Below are positions 19,359-31,698 of a stretch of 64,000 nt of DNA, one piece after another. The stretch is from an uncultured bacterium (GTDB taxonomy: Bacteria > Oederibacteriota > Oederibacteriia > Oederibacteriales > Oederibacteriaceae). Positions within the stretch are counted from its first letter, which is position 1, and each line of letters begins with the position of its first letter. The stretch is taken from contig OZ218778.1 of assembly GCA_965112635.1 (NCBI GenBank), positions 1,408,001 to 1,472,000 of the forward strand. The letters run 5' to 3'. The notes beneath the pieces were generated by a model. That model made no database searches. It saw only the letters and a list, made by a program, of their open reading frames with translations, and was not told the DNA's origin. The translations under genes and the position numbers were made by a program.

Positions 19359-21137
19359 TTGGAGATTCCTTTGCCCCAGCAAGCATCTCAACCTAATTCG
19401 CCGGAAAGCCTGGAAACCTTACGGCACAGCACGGCCCATTTGATGGCCCAAGCTGTCCAGGAGCTTTTCCCGGGCACGCACCTGACCATTGGCCCAGCCA
19501 TTGAGGAGGGCTTCTATTATGATTTCGACTCGTCCCACAAATTCCTGCCTGAGGACCTGCCGGTCATCGAAAAAAAGATGAAGGAGCTGGCCAAGAAAAA
19601 GATCCCTATCGTTAAAAAAGAAATGAGCAGGGAAGAATATGCCAAGCTCATGGAAAGCAAGGGAGAGAAGTTTAAGTTGGAGCTTTTGGCGGACATCCCG
19701 GCCAATGAAAAAGCCACCATTTACCAGCAGGACTGGTTCATTGACCTGTGCCGAGGCCCCCATGTGCCGGATACCAGCTACCTCAAAATTTTTAAGCTCT
19801 TAAGCGTGGCCGGGGCCTACTGGCGGGGGGACGAGCACAACCCCATGCTGCAGCGCATCTACGGCACCGCCTTTTTTAGTCAGGAAGAGCTGGACAGCCA
19901 TCTCAAAATGCTTGAAGAAGCCAAGCTCAGGGACCACCGCAAGCTGGGCAAGGAGATGGAAATATACTTTTTTGACGACGAGGTCGGGCCGGGCCTGCCC
20001 CTGTGGCTGCCCAACGGCGCCATCATGATGGAAGAACTGGAAAAACTGGCTAAGGAGACCGAATTCAAAGCCGGTTATGTCAGGGTGCGGACCCCGCACC
20101 TGACCAAGGAGTCGTTGTTCCTCAAGAGCGGCCACCTGCCCTACTACGCCGAGAGCATGTACCCTCCCATGGAGATGGATGGGTATCGCTATTACATCAA
20201 ACCCATGAACTGCCCCATGCATCACAAGATCTTTTCGTCCCGCCTCAGGTCCTACCGGGAGCTGCCTTTGCGGCTGGCCGAGTACGGCACCTGTTACCGC
20301 TACGAAAAGAGCGGCGAGCTCTTCGGCCTGATGCGGGTGCGTTCCATGCAGATGAACGACGCCCATATCTACTGCCCGGAGGAACTTTTTGAGCAGGAAT
20401 TCATGGCGGTCATCGAAATGTACCGTTACTATTTCAAGTTGTTCGGCATTGATAAATATGTGATGCGCCTTTCCACGCACCACAAGGACGGCCTGGGAAA
20501 GAAATACGTGGACAATGAGAGGCTGTGGCTGCACACCGAGGACCTGGTCCGCCGCGCTATGAAGAACGGCAAGGTCCCCTTCCAGGAAGTGCCGGACGAG
20601 GCGGCCTTTTACGGTCCCAAGATCGACGTGCAGATCTGGAGCGCCATCGGCAAGGAGTTCACCCTCGCCACCAACCAGGTGGATTTCGCCCAACCCAGCC
20701 GGTTCGGACTCAACTTCATCAACCGGACGGGCAAGGAAGAGACGCCGCTGTGCATCCACCGGGCGCCTTTGTCCACCCACGAGCGCATGGTCGGGTTCCT
20801 TTTAGAACACTACGCGGGTGCGTTCCCGGTCTGGCTGGCGCCGGTGCAGGCGCGTGTCCTGCCCATCACGGACAGCCAGTTAGCCTACGCCAAAAAAGTC
20901 TGCGAGACCCTCAAAGACGGAGGCATCCGGGCCGAAGTGGACGAGCGCAACGAAAAGCTCGGCGGCAAGATCAGGACCGCCCAGATGGAAAAGATCCCCT
21001 ACATGCTAGTAGTCGGCGACAAAGAGATGCAGAGCGGCCAGGTGGCCGTGCGCACCCGCAAGAGCGAGGACCTGGGGCCCATGCCCCTGGCCGGCTTCCT
21101 CCAGAAGATCCAGAAGGAAATCGCCGAAAAGGCGTAG
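19359..21137 (+). CDS. thrS: Threonyl-tRNA synthetase (short N-terminus)
   Basis: LRHSTAH, DLCRGPHV, KPMNCP, AAFYGPKID motifs. Confidence 0.97.
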   Translation: MEIPLPQQASQPNSPESLETLRHSTAHLMAQAVQELFPGTHLTIGPAIEEGFYYDFDSSHKFLPEDLPVIEKKMKELAKKKIPIVKKEMSREEYAKLMESKGEKFKLELLADIPANEKATIYQQDWFIDLCRGPHVPDTSYLKIFKLLSVAGAYWRGDEHNPMLQRIYGTAFFSQEELDSHLKMLEEAKLRDHRKLGKEMEIYFFDDEVGPGLPLWLPNGAIMMEELEKLAKETEFKAGYVRVRTPHLTKESLFLKSGHLPYYAESMYPPMEMDGYRYYIKPMNCPMHHKIFSSRLRSYRELPLRLAEYGTCYRYEKSGELFGLMRVRSMQMNDAHIYCPEELFEQEFMAVIEMYRYYFKLFGIDKYVMRLSTHHKDGLGKKYVDNERLWLHTEDLVRRAMKNGKVPFQEVPDEAAFYGPKIDVQIWSAIGKEFTLATNQVDFAQPSRFGLNFINRTGKEETPLCIHRAPLSTHERMVGFLLEHYAGAFPVWLAPVQARVLPITDSQLAYAKKVCETLKDGGIRAEVDERNEKLGGKIRTAQMEKIPYMLVVGDKEMQSGQVAVRTRKSEDLGPMPLAGFLQKIQKEIAEKA

Positions 21138-21218
21138 TTTTTGCCTTCATTTCCCGCAGTGTTTCCCTTAACCAATCTTGGTAAATCTATCAACGGCTGG
21201 TAAACTATCCCTATCGAT

Positions 21219-24016
<2,798 letters not shown>

Positions 24017-24035
24017 ATTAGGCTTAACTTATTAC

Positions 24036-26681
24036 ATGCGGAAAGGGTTTATTCCGTTGAAGAACCTTAGAAACAAAAAGCTGGTCCTGATTGACGGGCA
24101 TTCGCAGGCCTACCGCTCCTTTTACGCCCTGCCGTCCCTGACCAATTCCAAGGGCCAGCCCACCAATGCCGTTTACGGGTTCCTTACCACGATTTTCAAG
24201 ATCATTAAAGAGCAGGAGCCGGATTACCTAGCCGTGTCTTTTGACCTGGCCGGCCCCACTTTCCGCAAGAAAAAATTCGAAGCGTACAAAGCCCACCGCA
24301 AACCCATGCCTGACGAGCTGGTTTCCCAGATACCGCTTTTGCGGAAATGCCTCCAGGCTATGGGCATCCCCATTTTTGAAAAAGAGGGTTTTGAGGCTGA
24401 TGACTGCATGGCTACTTTGGCTAAAAAAGCCGAGAGCGAGGGACTGGAGGTCCTCATTGCCACCGGCGACAAGGATATCCTGCAGCTGGTGGATGAAAAG
24501 ATAAAGGTCCTGCGCGTGCACAAGAGCGAGCTGTCTATCTATGACAAGGACAAGGTCAAGGAGCAGTACGGAGTGGGGCCTGAGGGAATCGCGGACCTCT
24601 TGGGATTGATGGGAGATGCCAGCGACAACATCCCCGGCGTCAAAGGGGTCGGCGAAAAAACAGCGGCCGGGCTGATGGAGCAGTTCGGTTCCCTGGACAA
24701 GATTTATGGCCATCTGGACAAGGTCAAAAGCGACAAGATGCGGGAGAACCTGCAAGCGCAAGAAGAATCTGCCCGGATGTCGCGTGATCTGGCCCGGTTA
24801 GACCTGGCCGTTCCTTTGGAAATTAAGTGGGACGACTGCAAGGTCGGCGCTTACAACACACCGGAATTTTATAATTTCCTCAAGGAAATGGAGTTCAAAA
24901 GGCTCCTCTCCGAGTTCACGCCTCCAGCCCCGGCAACTCCCGAGGGTATGGCTATGGCCTCGTCTGTGTTTGAGACCTTTACCCAGGCCAAAGAAATCCA
25001 GGCGCTTGTCAAGGAAATGAAAAAACAAAAGGCCCTTAGCCTGGCCCTGCTGCAGGGAGAGGGCCATCCTTTGGAAGCGCCTTTGCTGGGTCTGACTTTT
25101 TGTTTTGGTCCGCAAAGCACTTACTTTATTCCCGCGGGCCCTGTACTGGAAAAGACCCTGCCAGACCTTAAAACCATTCTGGAAGATGAGGCTATCTGTA
25201 AGGTCGGGCACAACTTAAAAAGTAAACAACTGGGACTGTTCTCTCTTGGCGTTGTGCTAAAAGGCCTTTGTTTTGACACCATGCTGGCCGGGCACCTCTT
25301 GGATGAACAGCAGGCGCCAGGAAGGGAACTGGGAGGATTGACCCTGGCTTATCTGTCCGAAGTGTTGGAGAAAAGCGAACCCAGCCCGCAAAGCGCTGCG
25401 ACCGAGGCGTTATCAGTATGGAAATTGGTCCCCCTGATGAAGGAAAAGTTAAAGGATAAAAGGCTGGAGGAGCTTTATTTAACCTTGGAGATGCCGCTCT
25501 TAAAGGTGTTGGCCCGGATGGAGCAGAGGGGCGTGGCTGTGGACAGGATGGTCCTTAAAAAGATCTCCATTGAACTGGAAAGGGAGTTGGAGCGTTTGAC
25601 CGGAGAGATCTACGGACTGGCCGGAGAGACCTTTAACATCAACTCCACCCAGCAGCTGGCCAAGATACTCTTTGAAAAATTAAAGCTTCCCACAGTCAGG
25701 AAGACCAAGACCGGATATTCCACGGATGTGGAGGTCTTGGAAGAGCTGTCGGACAAGCACCCTTTACCGGCCAAGCTGCTGGACTACCGCCAATATAACA
25801 AACTCAAGAATACCTATGTGGATGCCCTGCCCGAGCTCGTCCTCAAAAGCACAGGAAGGATACACCCGGTTTTCCACCAGAACGGCACGGCCACAGGCAG
25901 GCTTTCCTGCAGCGACCCCAACCTCCAAAACATCCCCATCAGGACCGACTGGGGCGTTAAGATACGGGAGGCTTTTGTGGCGGGCAAAAAAGACCAGACG
26001 CTCCTGTCCGCGGACTATTCCCAGATTGAGCTGCGGGTCCTGGCCCACCTGTCCCAGGACCAGGGGCTGATGGAGGCTTTCCAAAAGGGCGTGGACATCC
26101 ATACCCAGACCGGCCAAAGGATATTCGGAGTCAAGGAGGTCAGCAAGGATATGAGGCGCAAGGCCAAAGTAGTCAACTTTGGGGTCATTTACGGTATGAG
26201 CCCTTTTGGTTTGGCCAAAGAGCTGGAAATACCAGTAGGCCAGGCGCAGGACTATATCGAGGGTTATTTCCGGACCTATCCCAGGGTCAGGGAATATTTT
26301 AACGGCGTCATCCTGCAGGCCCAAAAGAGCGGGTATGTGTCCACGCAGGGAGGCAGGAAAAGATATTTGCCTGACCTGTTGTCCCAAAACAAGAACAAAA
26401 GGGATCTGGCCGAGCGCATGGCTTTTAACACTCCTATCCAGGGCACAGCCGCGGAACTTATCAAAAAGGCCATGCTGGATATCGAGGCAAAGACGGACAA
26501 GGACAAACTGCCCCTGTCCATGATCCTGCAGGTGCATGACGAGTTGGTCTTTGAAGTCCCTAAAACGCAGGCGGAAGAAATGGCCAAGGTCGTCAAATCA
26601 ATTATGGAAAAGGCCATGCCTTTGTCCGTGCCCGTGGAAGTGGAAGTCAAATCCGGGGCTAACTGGCGGTTAGCACATTAG
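24036..26681 (+). CDS. polA: DNA polymerase I
   Basis: 5'-3' exonuclease (LIDG, EADD, GDASDNIPGV), ADYSQIELR, LQVHDEL. Confidence 0.97.
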   Translation: MRKGFIPLKNLRNKKLVLIDGHSQAYRSFYALPSLTNSKGQPTNAVYGFLTTIFKIIKEQEPDYLAVSFDLAGPTFRKKKFEAYKAHRKPMPDELVSQIPLLRKCLQAMGIPIFEKEGFEADDCMATLAKKAESEGLEVLIATGDKDILQLVDEKIKVLRVHKSELSIYDKDKVKEQYGVGPEGIADLLGLMGDASDNIPGVKGVGEKTAAGLMEQFGSLDKIYGHLDKVKSDKMRENLQAQEESARMSRDLARLDLAVPLEIKWDDCKVGAYNTPEFYNFLKEMEFKRLLSEFTPPAPATPEGMAMASSVFETFTQAKEIQALVKEMKKQKALSLALLQGEGHPLEAPLLGLTFCFGPQSTYFIPAGPVLEKTLPDLKTILEDEAICKVGHNLKSKQLGLFSLGVVLKGLCFDTMLAGHLLDEQQAPGRELGGLTLAYLSEVLEKSEPSPQSAATEALSVWKLVPLMKEKLKDKRLEELYLTLEMPLLKVLARMEQRGVAVDRMVLKKISIELERELERLTGEIYGLAGETFNINSTQQLAKILFEKLKLPTVRKTKTGYSTDVEVLEELSDKHPLPAKLLDYRQYNKLKNTYVDALPELVLKSTGRIHPVFHQNGTATGRLSCSDPNLQNIPIRTDWGVKIREAFVAGKKDQTLLSADYSQIELRVLAHLSQDQGLMEAFQKGVDIHTQTGQRIFGVKEVSKDMRRKAKVVNFGVIYGMSPFGLAKELEIPVGQAQDYIEGYFRTYPRVREYFNGVILQAQKSGYVSTQGGRKRYLPDLLSQNKNKRDLAERMAFNTPIQGTAAELIKKAMLDIEAKTDKDKLPLSMILQVHDELVFEVPKTQAEEMAKVVKSIMEKAMPLSVPVEVEVKSGANWRLAH

Positions 26682-26746
26682 TAGAGGGTTGATCTAGTCG
26701 GCAGGTACAGAAAAGGTCAAAACCGAATTTCAAAAGGAGGAAATAA

Positions 26747-27187
26747 ATGGCTGAGTCTGGTGAAAAACTCACAGCCAAAGTAACGATAGAGATCAAGGCT
26801 CCCGTGCACAAAGTCTGGGAGGCCCTGACTAGGCCGGACCTGATACGAAGATACCTGTTCGGGGCAGAAGTAAGAACTGATTGGAAAGTTGGAAGCCCTA
26901 TTATTTACAGGGGGGTTACGGAGGGGGATAAGTTTGAGGATAAGGGAGTAATCCTCAGCTTGGAGCAGAATAAATTCCTGCAAATAACCCAGTGGAGCAA
27001 CATGTCCGGCCTGCCCGATGAGGAAGAGAACTATACTAAGATAACTTATACCCTTTCTTTTGCAGAGGGCATCACTTCCTTGTCTGTTATCCAGGACAAT
27101 CTTCCCTCCGATAAGATGCGGATTTATCTGGAGCATAATTGGAAGCTTGCGCTTAATAAAATGAAAAGGCTTTTGGAAAGAAGGTAG
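26747..27187 (+). CDS. SRPBCC/AHSA1-like protein
   Basis: IKAPVHKVWEALTRPDLIRRYLFG...TDWKVGSPI. Confidence 0.85.
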   Translation: MAESGEKLTAKVTIEIKAPVHKVWEALTRPDLIRRYLFGAEVRTDWKVGSPIIYRGVTEGDKFEDKGVILSLEQNKFLQITQWSNMSGLPDEEENYTKITYTLSFAEGITSLSVIQDNLPSDKMRIYLEHNWKLALNKMKRLLERR

Positions 27188-27389
27188 CGGTGTGGTATTT
27201 CCAAAGGCTTTCAATATTATTGATAACCTGATAAGATGAAACACTCTTAAATGTTAATAACGATGAGTCTGTTAGTAATAGAGCCGGGGTGGCTGGTGAC
27301 AGCTTCTTTAAAAATTTAAAGGAAAGCGGCCTCCGCCACTTTGAATGCCGGCATATTATGTGAATGTTGGTAGGTCCGATAGTTTAAGC

Positions 27390-27478
<89 letters not shown>

Positions 27479-27581
27479 TAAAGAAAGTTCAGAGTTCAAG
27501 GTTCGAAGTATATTGTTCCTGCCAAACGGCTGTTTGGCACGCTCACTTTTGAGCGGGAACGCATATAACAAAAGTTCACGA

Positions 27582-27658
<77 letters not shown>

Positions 27659-27662
27659 AATG

Positions 27663-27701
27663 AAGCCCCAGTCCTATCAAGGGACTGGGGCTTATTTTTT
27701 T
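27663..27701 (+). terminator. Rho-independent terminator
   Basis: AAGCCCCAGTCC...GGACTGGGGCTT followed by T run. Confidence 0.8.
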
Positions 27702-27757
27702 GAAAAGTTAGGCTACAATTGGGAACGGTTGTTCAACCTTAAGCGACAGGAGGGGGC

Positions 27758-28654
27758 GTGCCCCAGAATATCCCGGTACTTTTTGTCCAGGAAAAGACCC
27801 TGGCCATGGCCTATGAAAAGGCCCTGGTGACACTTTATAAAAACGGCATCCGGATGCAGACCCAGTACGACAAGCCGGGCGATCCCCTGAGCATTGATTC
27901 CACGATGGATATCACGGTACTGGAGCCATTGGCCGACCCGATGATCCATAAAGCTTTCCCGGGCGGCATCGAGGACCTGAGGGAATATGTTTACGAACTG
28001 ACGGGCGCCAAGGACCACTGGGTCAAGAACATGAACGATCCCAAGGACACCCGGTGGGAATATACTTACCACGGCCGTCTGGCTTCGTATGGCACCTGGA
28101 AAGAACTTAAGGAGGGCCGTTCGGTCAAGACCGGAACCATGGACATCAACCAGGTGGAAAAGGTGGTCGAGAGCCTGGCCAAGTCGCCTTTTACGCGCAG
28201 GGCGCAGATGATCACCTGGATGCCCAACCTGGATTTTGACTGTTATGACCCGCCCTGCCTGCAGTCTTTGTGGTACAGGATGCTGGAGGACGAAAAGGGC
28301 GGGCTATGGCTCAACTGCAACGTGCGGTTCAGGAGCAACGACGCCTGGGGCGCCAACTTTATGAACATGTTCGGGTTCGTCCAGTTCAACAAAGAGGTGA
28401 TCGCGGAAGGCATCGCCAAAAAACTGGGCCGGCCGGTCAGCCTGGCCCGGATGAACTGGCACGCGGACTCGTGGCATGTGTACGGCAAGGATATCAAGAG
28501 CTTAGAAAGCATGCTGATTGAAAGGTTGGACAAGACCGCTTTCGAGCGCAGGGTCTATAACTTTTACGACCCGGCCATCCAGGAAATTTACCATGGCGCC
28601 GAAGAGGATATCCAAAGAAAGATCAGGGAATATGACGCGAGCCACAAAGTGTAA
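27758..28654 (+). CDS. Thymidylate synthase-family protein (divergent, archaeal-like)
   Basis: YTYHGRL, TRRAQ, PPCL, FRSND, SWHVY motifs. Confidence 0.85.
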   Translation: MPQNIPVLFVQEKTLAMAYEKALVTLYKNGIRMQTQYDKPGDPLSIDSTMDITVLEPLADPMIHKAFPGGIEDLREYVYELTGAKDHWVKNMNDPKDTRWEYTYHGRLASYGTWKELKEGRSVKTGTMDINQVEKVVESLAKSPFTRRAQMITWMPNLDFDCYDPPCLQSLWYRMLEDEKGGLWLNCNVRFRSNDAWGANFMNMFGFVQFNKEVIAEGIAKKLGRPVSLARMNWHADSWHVYGKDIKSLESMLIERLDKTAFERRVYNFYDPAIQEIYHGAEEDIQRKIREYDASHKV

Positions 28655-29189
28655 CGAAAAAAAAGGCTGCTGTTCCTGTTGTGAATGCGGGCCCGTGGTC
28701 CGCATCAGGAAGGCCGTAGCGGCCGACCTGGGGGCCATTACCCGCATCTATAACGAGGTGGTGCGGACGACCACGGCGACCTTTGACACCAAACCCAGGA
28801 CCGTAGGCCAGCAGAAAACATGGTTCAAGATGCACGATGCCAAACATCCCATCCTGGTGGTTGAACTCGATGGCCGGGTGGTCGCGTGGGCTTCTTTGAG
28901 CCGCTGGTCTGAACGGTTGGGTTATGCCAGGACCGCGGAAATATCGCTCTATGTGGAGAAAAAGTTGCGCGGCCTGGGCCTCGGCAGGCTGCTGGGGCAG
29001 GCCATCCTCGAGAAGGGGAAAGAGCTGGGGCACCATACCGTCATCACCCGCATCACGGACGAAAATAAAGCGAGCCTGCGCCTGCATAAAGAGTTCGGTT
29101 TCCGGAAGATCGGGGTGATGAAGCAGGTGGGCTTCAAGGCTGGCCGTTTTCTGGACGTGTATCTGATGCAGTTGATCTTTAAAAGGTAG
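28632..29189 (+). CDS. GNAT N-acetyltransferase (YncA/phosphinothricin-type)
   Basis: IYNEVVRTTTATFD, RGLGLGRLL, NKASLRLHKEFGF, VGFKAGRFLDV. Confidence 0.88.
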   Translation: MTRATKCNEKKGCCSCCECGPVVRIRKAVAADLGAITRIYNEVVRTTTATFDTKPRTVGQQKTWFKMHDAKHPILVVELDGRVVAWASLSRWSERLGYARTAEISLYVEKKLRGLGLGRLLGQAILEKGKELGHHTVITRITDENKASLRLHKEFGFRKIGVMKQVGFKAGRFLDVYLMQLIFKR

Positions 29190-29328
29190 TTTGGATGATC
29201 GGGCCGAACATCTGTTCGGCTCAATTCAATACGAGGGCTATCCTGAACCGGGGCAGACCCCAAAAGACCACGGCAGATGGGGTGCACTCGCCATCATGCC
29301 GTAATCTTCAGAACAACTTCTTGTTTTT

Positions 29329-29646
29329 TTAAGACTTATTTTGCTTGCCGCATTTGCAACCTACGCAGGTGCAAGCCTTGCCGCAGCAGCAGGACATTGC
29401 CGGATTGGCCTTTGTCTTGCCGGTGGCTTTGACGCAACCGCAGACGCATTTAGCTGGATCGCAGGTCTTGCTTCCCGGGGCGCAGCATTTGGCGTTAGGG
29501 CCGCAACAGGCTTTGTTTACACAGCAGCTTTTACCATTGGCCGCCTTGGCGCAGCATCCGGGGTCAGCAGCCAGGGTCAGGCCTGTCATGGATACTACAA
29601 AGGCCAGGGCCAGCAGACTAATGAACAGTGTACGCATGTGATTCAC
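29329..29646 (-). CDS. Secreted Cys-rich metallothionein-like protein
   Basis: Signal peptide then 19 Cys in CC/CxC/CCC clusters; GGAGG RBS; last gene of ECF locus. Confidence 0.7.
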   Translation of the reverse strand: MNHMRTLFISLLALAFVVSMTGLTLAADPGCCAKAANGKSCCVNKACCGPNAKCCAPGSKTCDPAKCVCGCVKATGKTKANPAMSCCCGKACTCVGCKCGKQNKS

Positions 29647-29658
29647 CTCCTTCCTGAA

Positions 29659-30111
29659 TTATTCAAAGCTTTTTTTCAACATTTCCACGAACTGTTTTTT
29701 CTGGTCTGGTTTCAATAGTTTTTGCACTTTGAGGATATGCCCCAGGCTGGCTATCTCCAGGTCGCTCCGGTCCTGGTTAAAAACGCGGATGACCCGGGAC
29801 ACTTCTTTTTTATCTATCCTGGAGGCATCCAGGAGGTCAGAGATCTTTTGGCGGTCCTTATCCACCTTTTCCTCATAAGCCTCTTTCTTGGCGTCAAAAT
29901 CCTTGTCCAGTTCGGAGAGCCCTTTGGTCTGTTCTGGGGAAAGGCACAGCTGCTTGCACAGGTACGGTTCCATGGCGCAGCAGCTCATATTGCAGTTGGC
30001 CATGCCGCAGCAGGAAGACTGTCCCTTGCCGCAGTAATACCGGCACAGGCCGAAAGTCCCCGCTCCCACGGCGATAAAAAGCACGATCAGGATGAGCCAT
30101 TTGTATTTCAT
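29659..30111 (-). CDS. Periplasmic heavy-metal sensor / Spy-CpxP-like protein
   Basis: LSPEQ...LLKPDQKKQF motifs; N-terminal anchor; Cys cluster. Confidence 0.75.
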   Translation of the reverse strand: MKYKWLILIVLFIAVGAGTFGLCRYYCGKGQSSCCGMANCNMSCCAMEPYLCKQLCLSPEQTKGLSELDKDFDAKKEAYEEKVDKDRQKISDLLDASRIDKKEVSRVIRVFNQDRSDLEIASLGHILKVQKLLKPDQKKQFVEMLKKSFE

Positions 30112-30120
30112 ATCGTCTCC

Positions 30121-30582
30121 TTAATTCTTTTGATCGAGTTGGAAATAAGCTTTTTCCAGCATGCTGTCGGACGAGGCCGACAAATCGGACAGGCCCAGGC
30201 CGGAACTTAAACGCTGGTCTTCCAGCAGCTTGCTCTGCTGACGGGCCGTGAGGATGGCGCTGGACCCGGCACCGATGGCCAGGGCCAACAGTATTGCGAC
30301 CATAACGGGAAAAGGGGCAGGCAGCCACCAAGGGCCCAGACCCTGTTTTTCCTGTACGGTTTTTCTCCGGGCCACCTTGTTCCAGAAGGTCCGTTCAAAA
30401 TCCGGGGAAGGCGTGAATACAGGCAGCTGTCCCAGTTTGGCTGCGCTTTCGGCTAGGCGGTCATATTCCGTCTGGCACGCTTTGCAGGTCTGCAGATGAG
30501 CCTCTATTTCCTTCGTTTCTTCCTTGGACAGCTCCTTATCCAGATAAAACACCAGAACGGAGCTGACTGCCTTGCATTTCAC
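30121..30582 (-). CDS. zf-HC2 anti-sigma factor
   Basis: YLDKELS...HLQTCKAC plus one TM helix. Confidence 0.88.
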   Translation of the reverse strand: MKCKAVSSVLVFYLDKELSKEETKEIEAHLQTCKACQTEYDRLAESAAKLGQLPVFTPSPDFERTFWNKVARRKTVQEKQGLGPWWLPAPFPVMVAILLALAIGAGSSAILTARQQSKLLEDQRLSSGLGLSDLSASSDSMLEKAYFQLDQKN

Positions 30583-30604
30583 TTAATATCACCCCCTGCT
30601 GATA

Positions 30605-30632
30605 TAGACGAGTGGGTCCCCCAAAAGTTACA
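30605..30632 (-). promoter_or_regulatory. Putative ECF-sigma promoter
   Basis: Minus strand TGTAAC-N16-CGTCTA upstream of the anti-sigma gene. Confidence 0.6.
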
Positions 30633-30645
30633 AGCAAAGGACCTT

Positions 30646-31203
30646 TTATATCCCCAGTTTTTTGAGCCGGGTTTTTGCCCTGTAAATAAGCACTTTGACC
30701 TTTGCCAAGGAGCAGCCCATGACTTCGCTGATCTCCTGGTAGGCCATCCCTTCGAAATGGCTCAGGAATAGCGCCATCCTCTGTTGCTCCGGCAGTTTAT
30801 CCAGAAGGCCGGCCACCCGTCCGGATTCCTCTTTTTTCTCCAGGGTTTGTTCGGGGGTAGGCTCCGGGCTAGGGACGGTTTCGGACAGAGCGTGGTCTTC
30901 CTGGGACCGGCCTTTGGATTCCCAGGGCAACCAGGTGAATTTAGGTTTTTTGATCCTGTCCAGGCAGGCGTTCCGGGCGATGGCGAGAAGCCATAGTTTG
31001 AAGGAGGAGCGGCCCTCAAAAGAGGCCCGTTTAAAATAGGCCTTGAGGAACACTTCCTGGGCCAGGTCCTCAGCCTCAGCCCTGTTCTTGACCATGTAAA
31101 AGATAAAGTTGAAAACAGGGCGTTTGTACTTTTCAAAAAGGGTCTCAAAAGCCTTTTCGTCGCCGTCTTGATAGCTTTTTATGATCTCCGGGCTGTCCTG
31201 CAT
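30646..31203 (-). CDS. ECF RNA polymerase sigma factor
   Basis: AEDLAQEVFLKAY, WLLAIARN, YQEISEVMGCSLAKVKVLIYRAK. Confidence 0.93.
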   Translation of the reverse strand: MQDSPEIIKSYQDGDEKAFETLFEKYKRPVFNFIFYMVKNRAEAEDLAQEVFLKAYFKRASFEGRSSFKLWLLAIARNACLDRIKKPKFTWLPWESKGRSQEDHALSETVPSPEPTPEQTLEKKEESGRVAGLLDKLPEQQRMALFLSHFEGMAYQEISEVMGCSLAKVKVLIYRAKTRLKKLGI

Positions 31204-31312
31204 GGCTCCTCCCGCCTGTTAAGGCCACTCTTTTTATCCTATCACTATTGGAAAAAAATTAAGATGGATATTGAAACCATTGCGCATTAAGAATACTATT
31301 TGAAAGACCATT

Positions 31313-31561
31313 GCGGAGGGCCGCTGGCGCGTCTAACGGTAAGCGCCGAAAAGCTTTTCGACGCAAAAGTCATGGGAAGGGAACGCATCATTGGGTAAAG
31401 AGGCCATGACTTTTGACCCCAGACAAGGCCTTGGGGGCTGTAAATGCCTGAATGGCATTTACAGAGGCGGAAGCCGCCTGGGTCCCTGAGGGGGAGGCGG
31501 CTGAGCCCGGCCTGCAGGCGCCGCGTATCATAGCGGCGACCGGAAGGCAAATCCCTCGCCC
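31313..31561 (+). other. Fragmented copy of tRNA-Ser(TGA) interrupted by hairpins
   Basis: Five collinear tRNA segments (9, 12, 10, 14, 14 nt) with stem-loop insertions. Confidence 0.8.
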
Positions 31562-31612
31562 AACATCGTTAATTTAGTATGGTATGTTAAGGATAGGTTC
31601 AAGGTATTAAGC

Positions 31613-31698
31613 GGAGGGCTAGCTCTAACGGTAAGACACCAGACTTGAAATCTGGCGGCCGCAAGGCCTTGGGGGTTCAAATCCCTCGCCCTCCGCCA
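31613..31698 (+). tRNA. tRNA-Ser(TGA)
   Basis: GGAGGGC/GCCCTCC acceptor, CCAGA-CTTGAAA-TCTGG, long variable arm, GCCA end. Confidence 0.92.

Noticed and set aside
31313-31561. tmRNA or intron-containing tRNA reading of the fragmented tRNA
   Set aside because: No Ala acceptor identity, CCA end or tag ORF; anticodon is deleted rather than interrupted; no group I/II core motifs recognised
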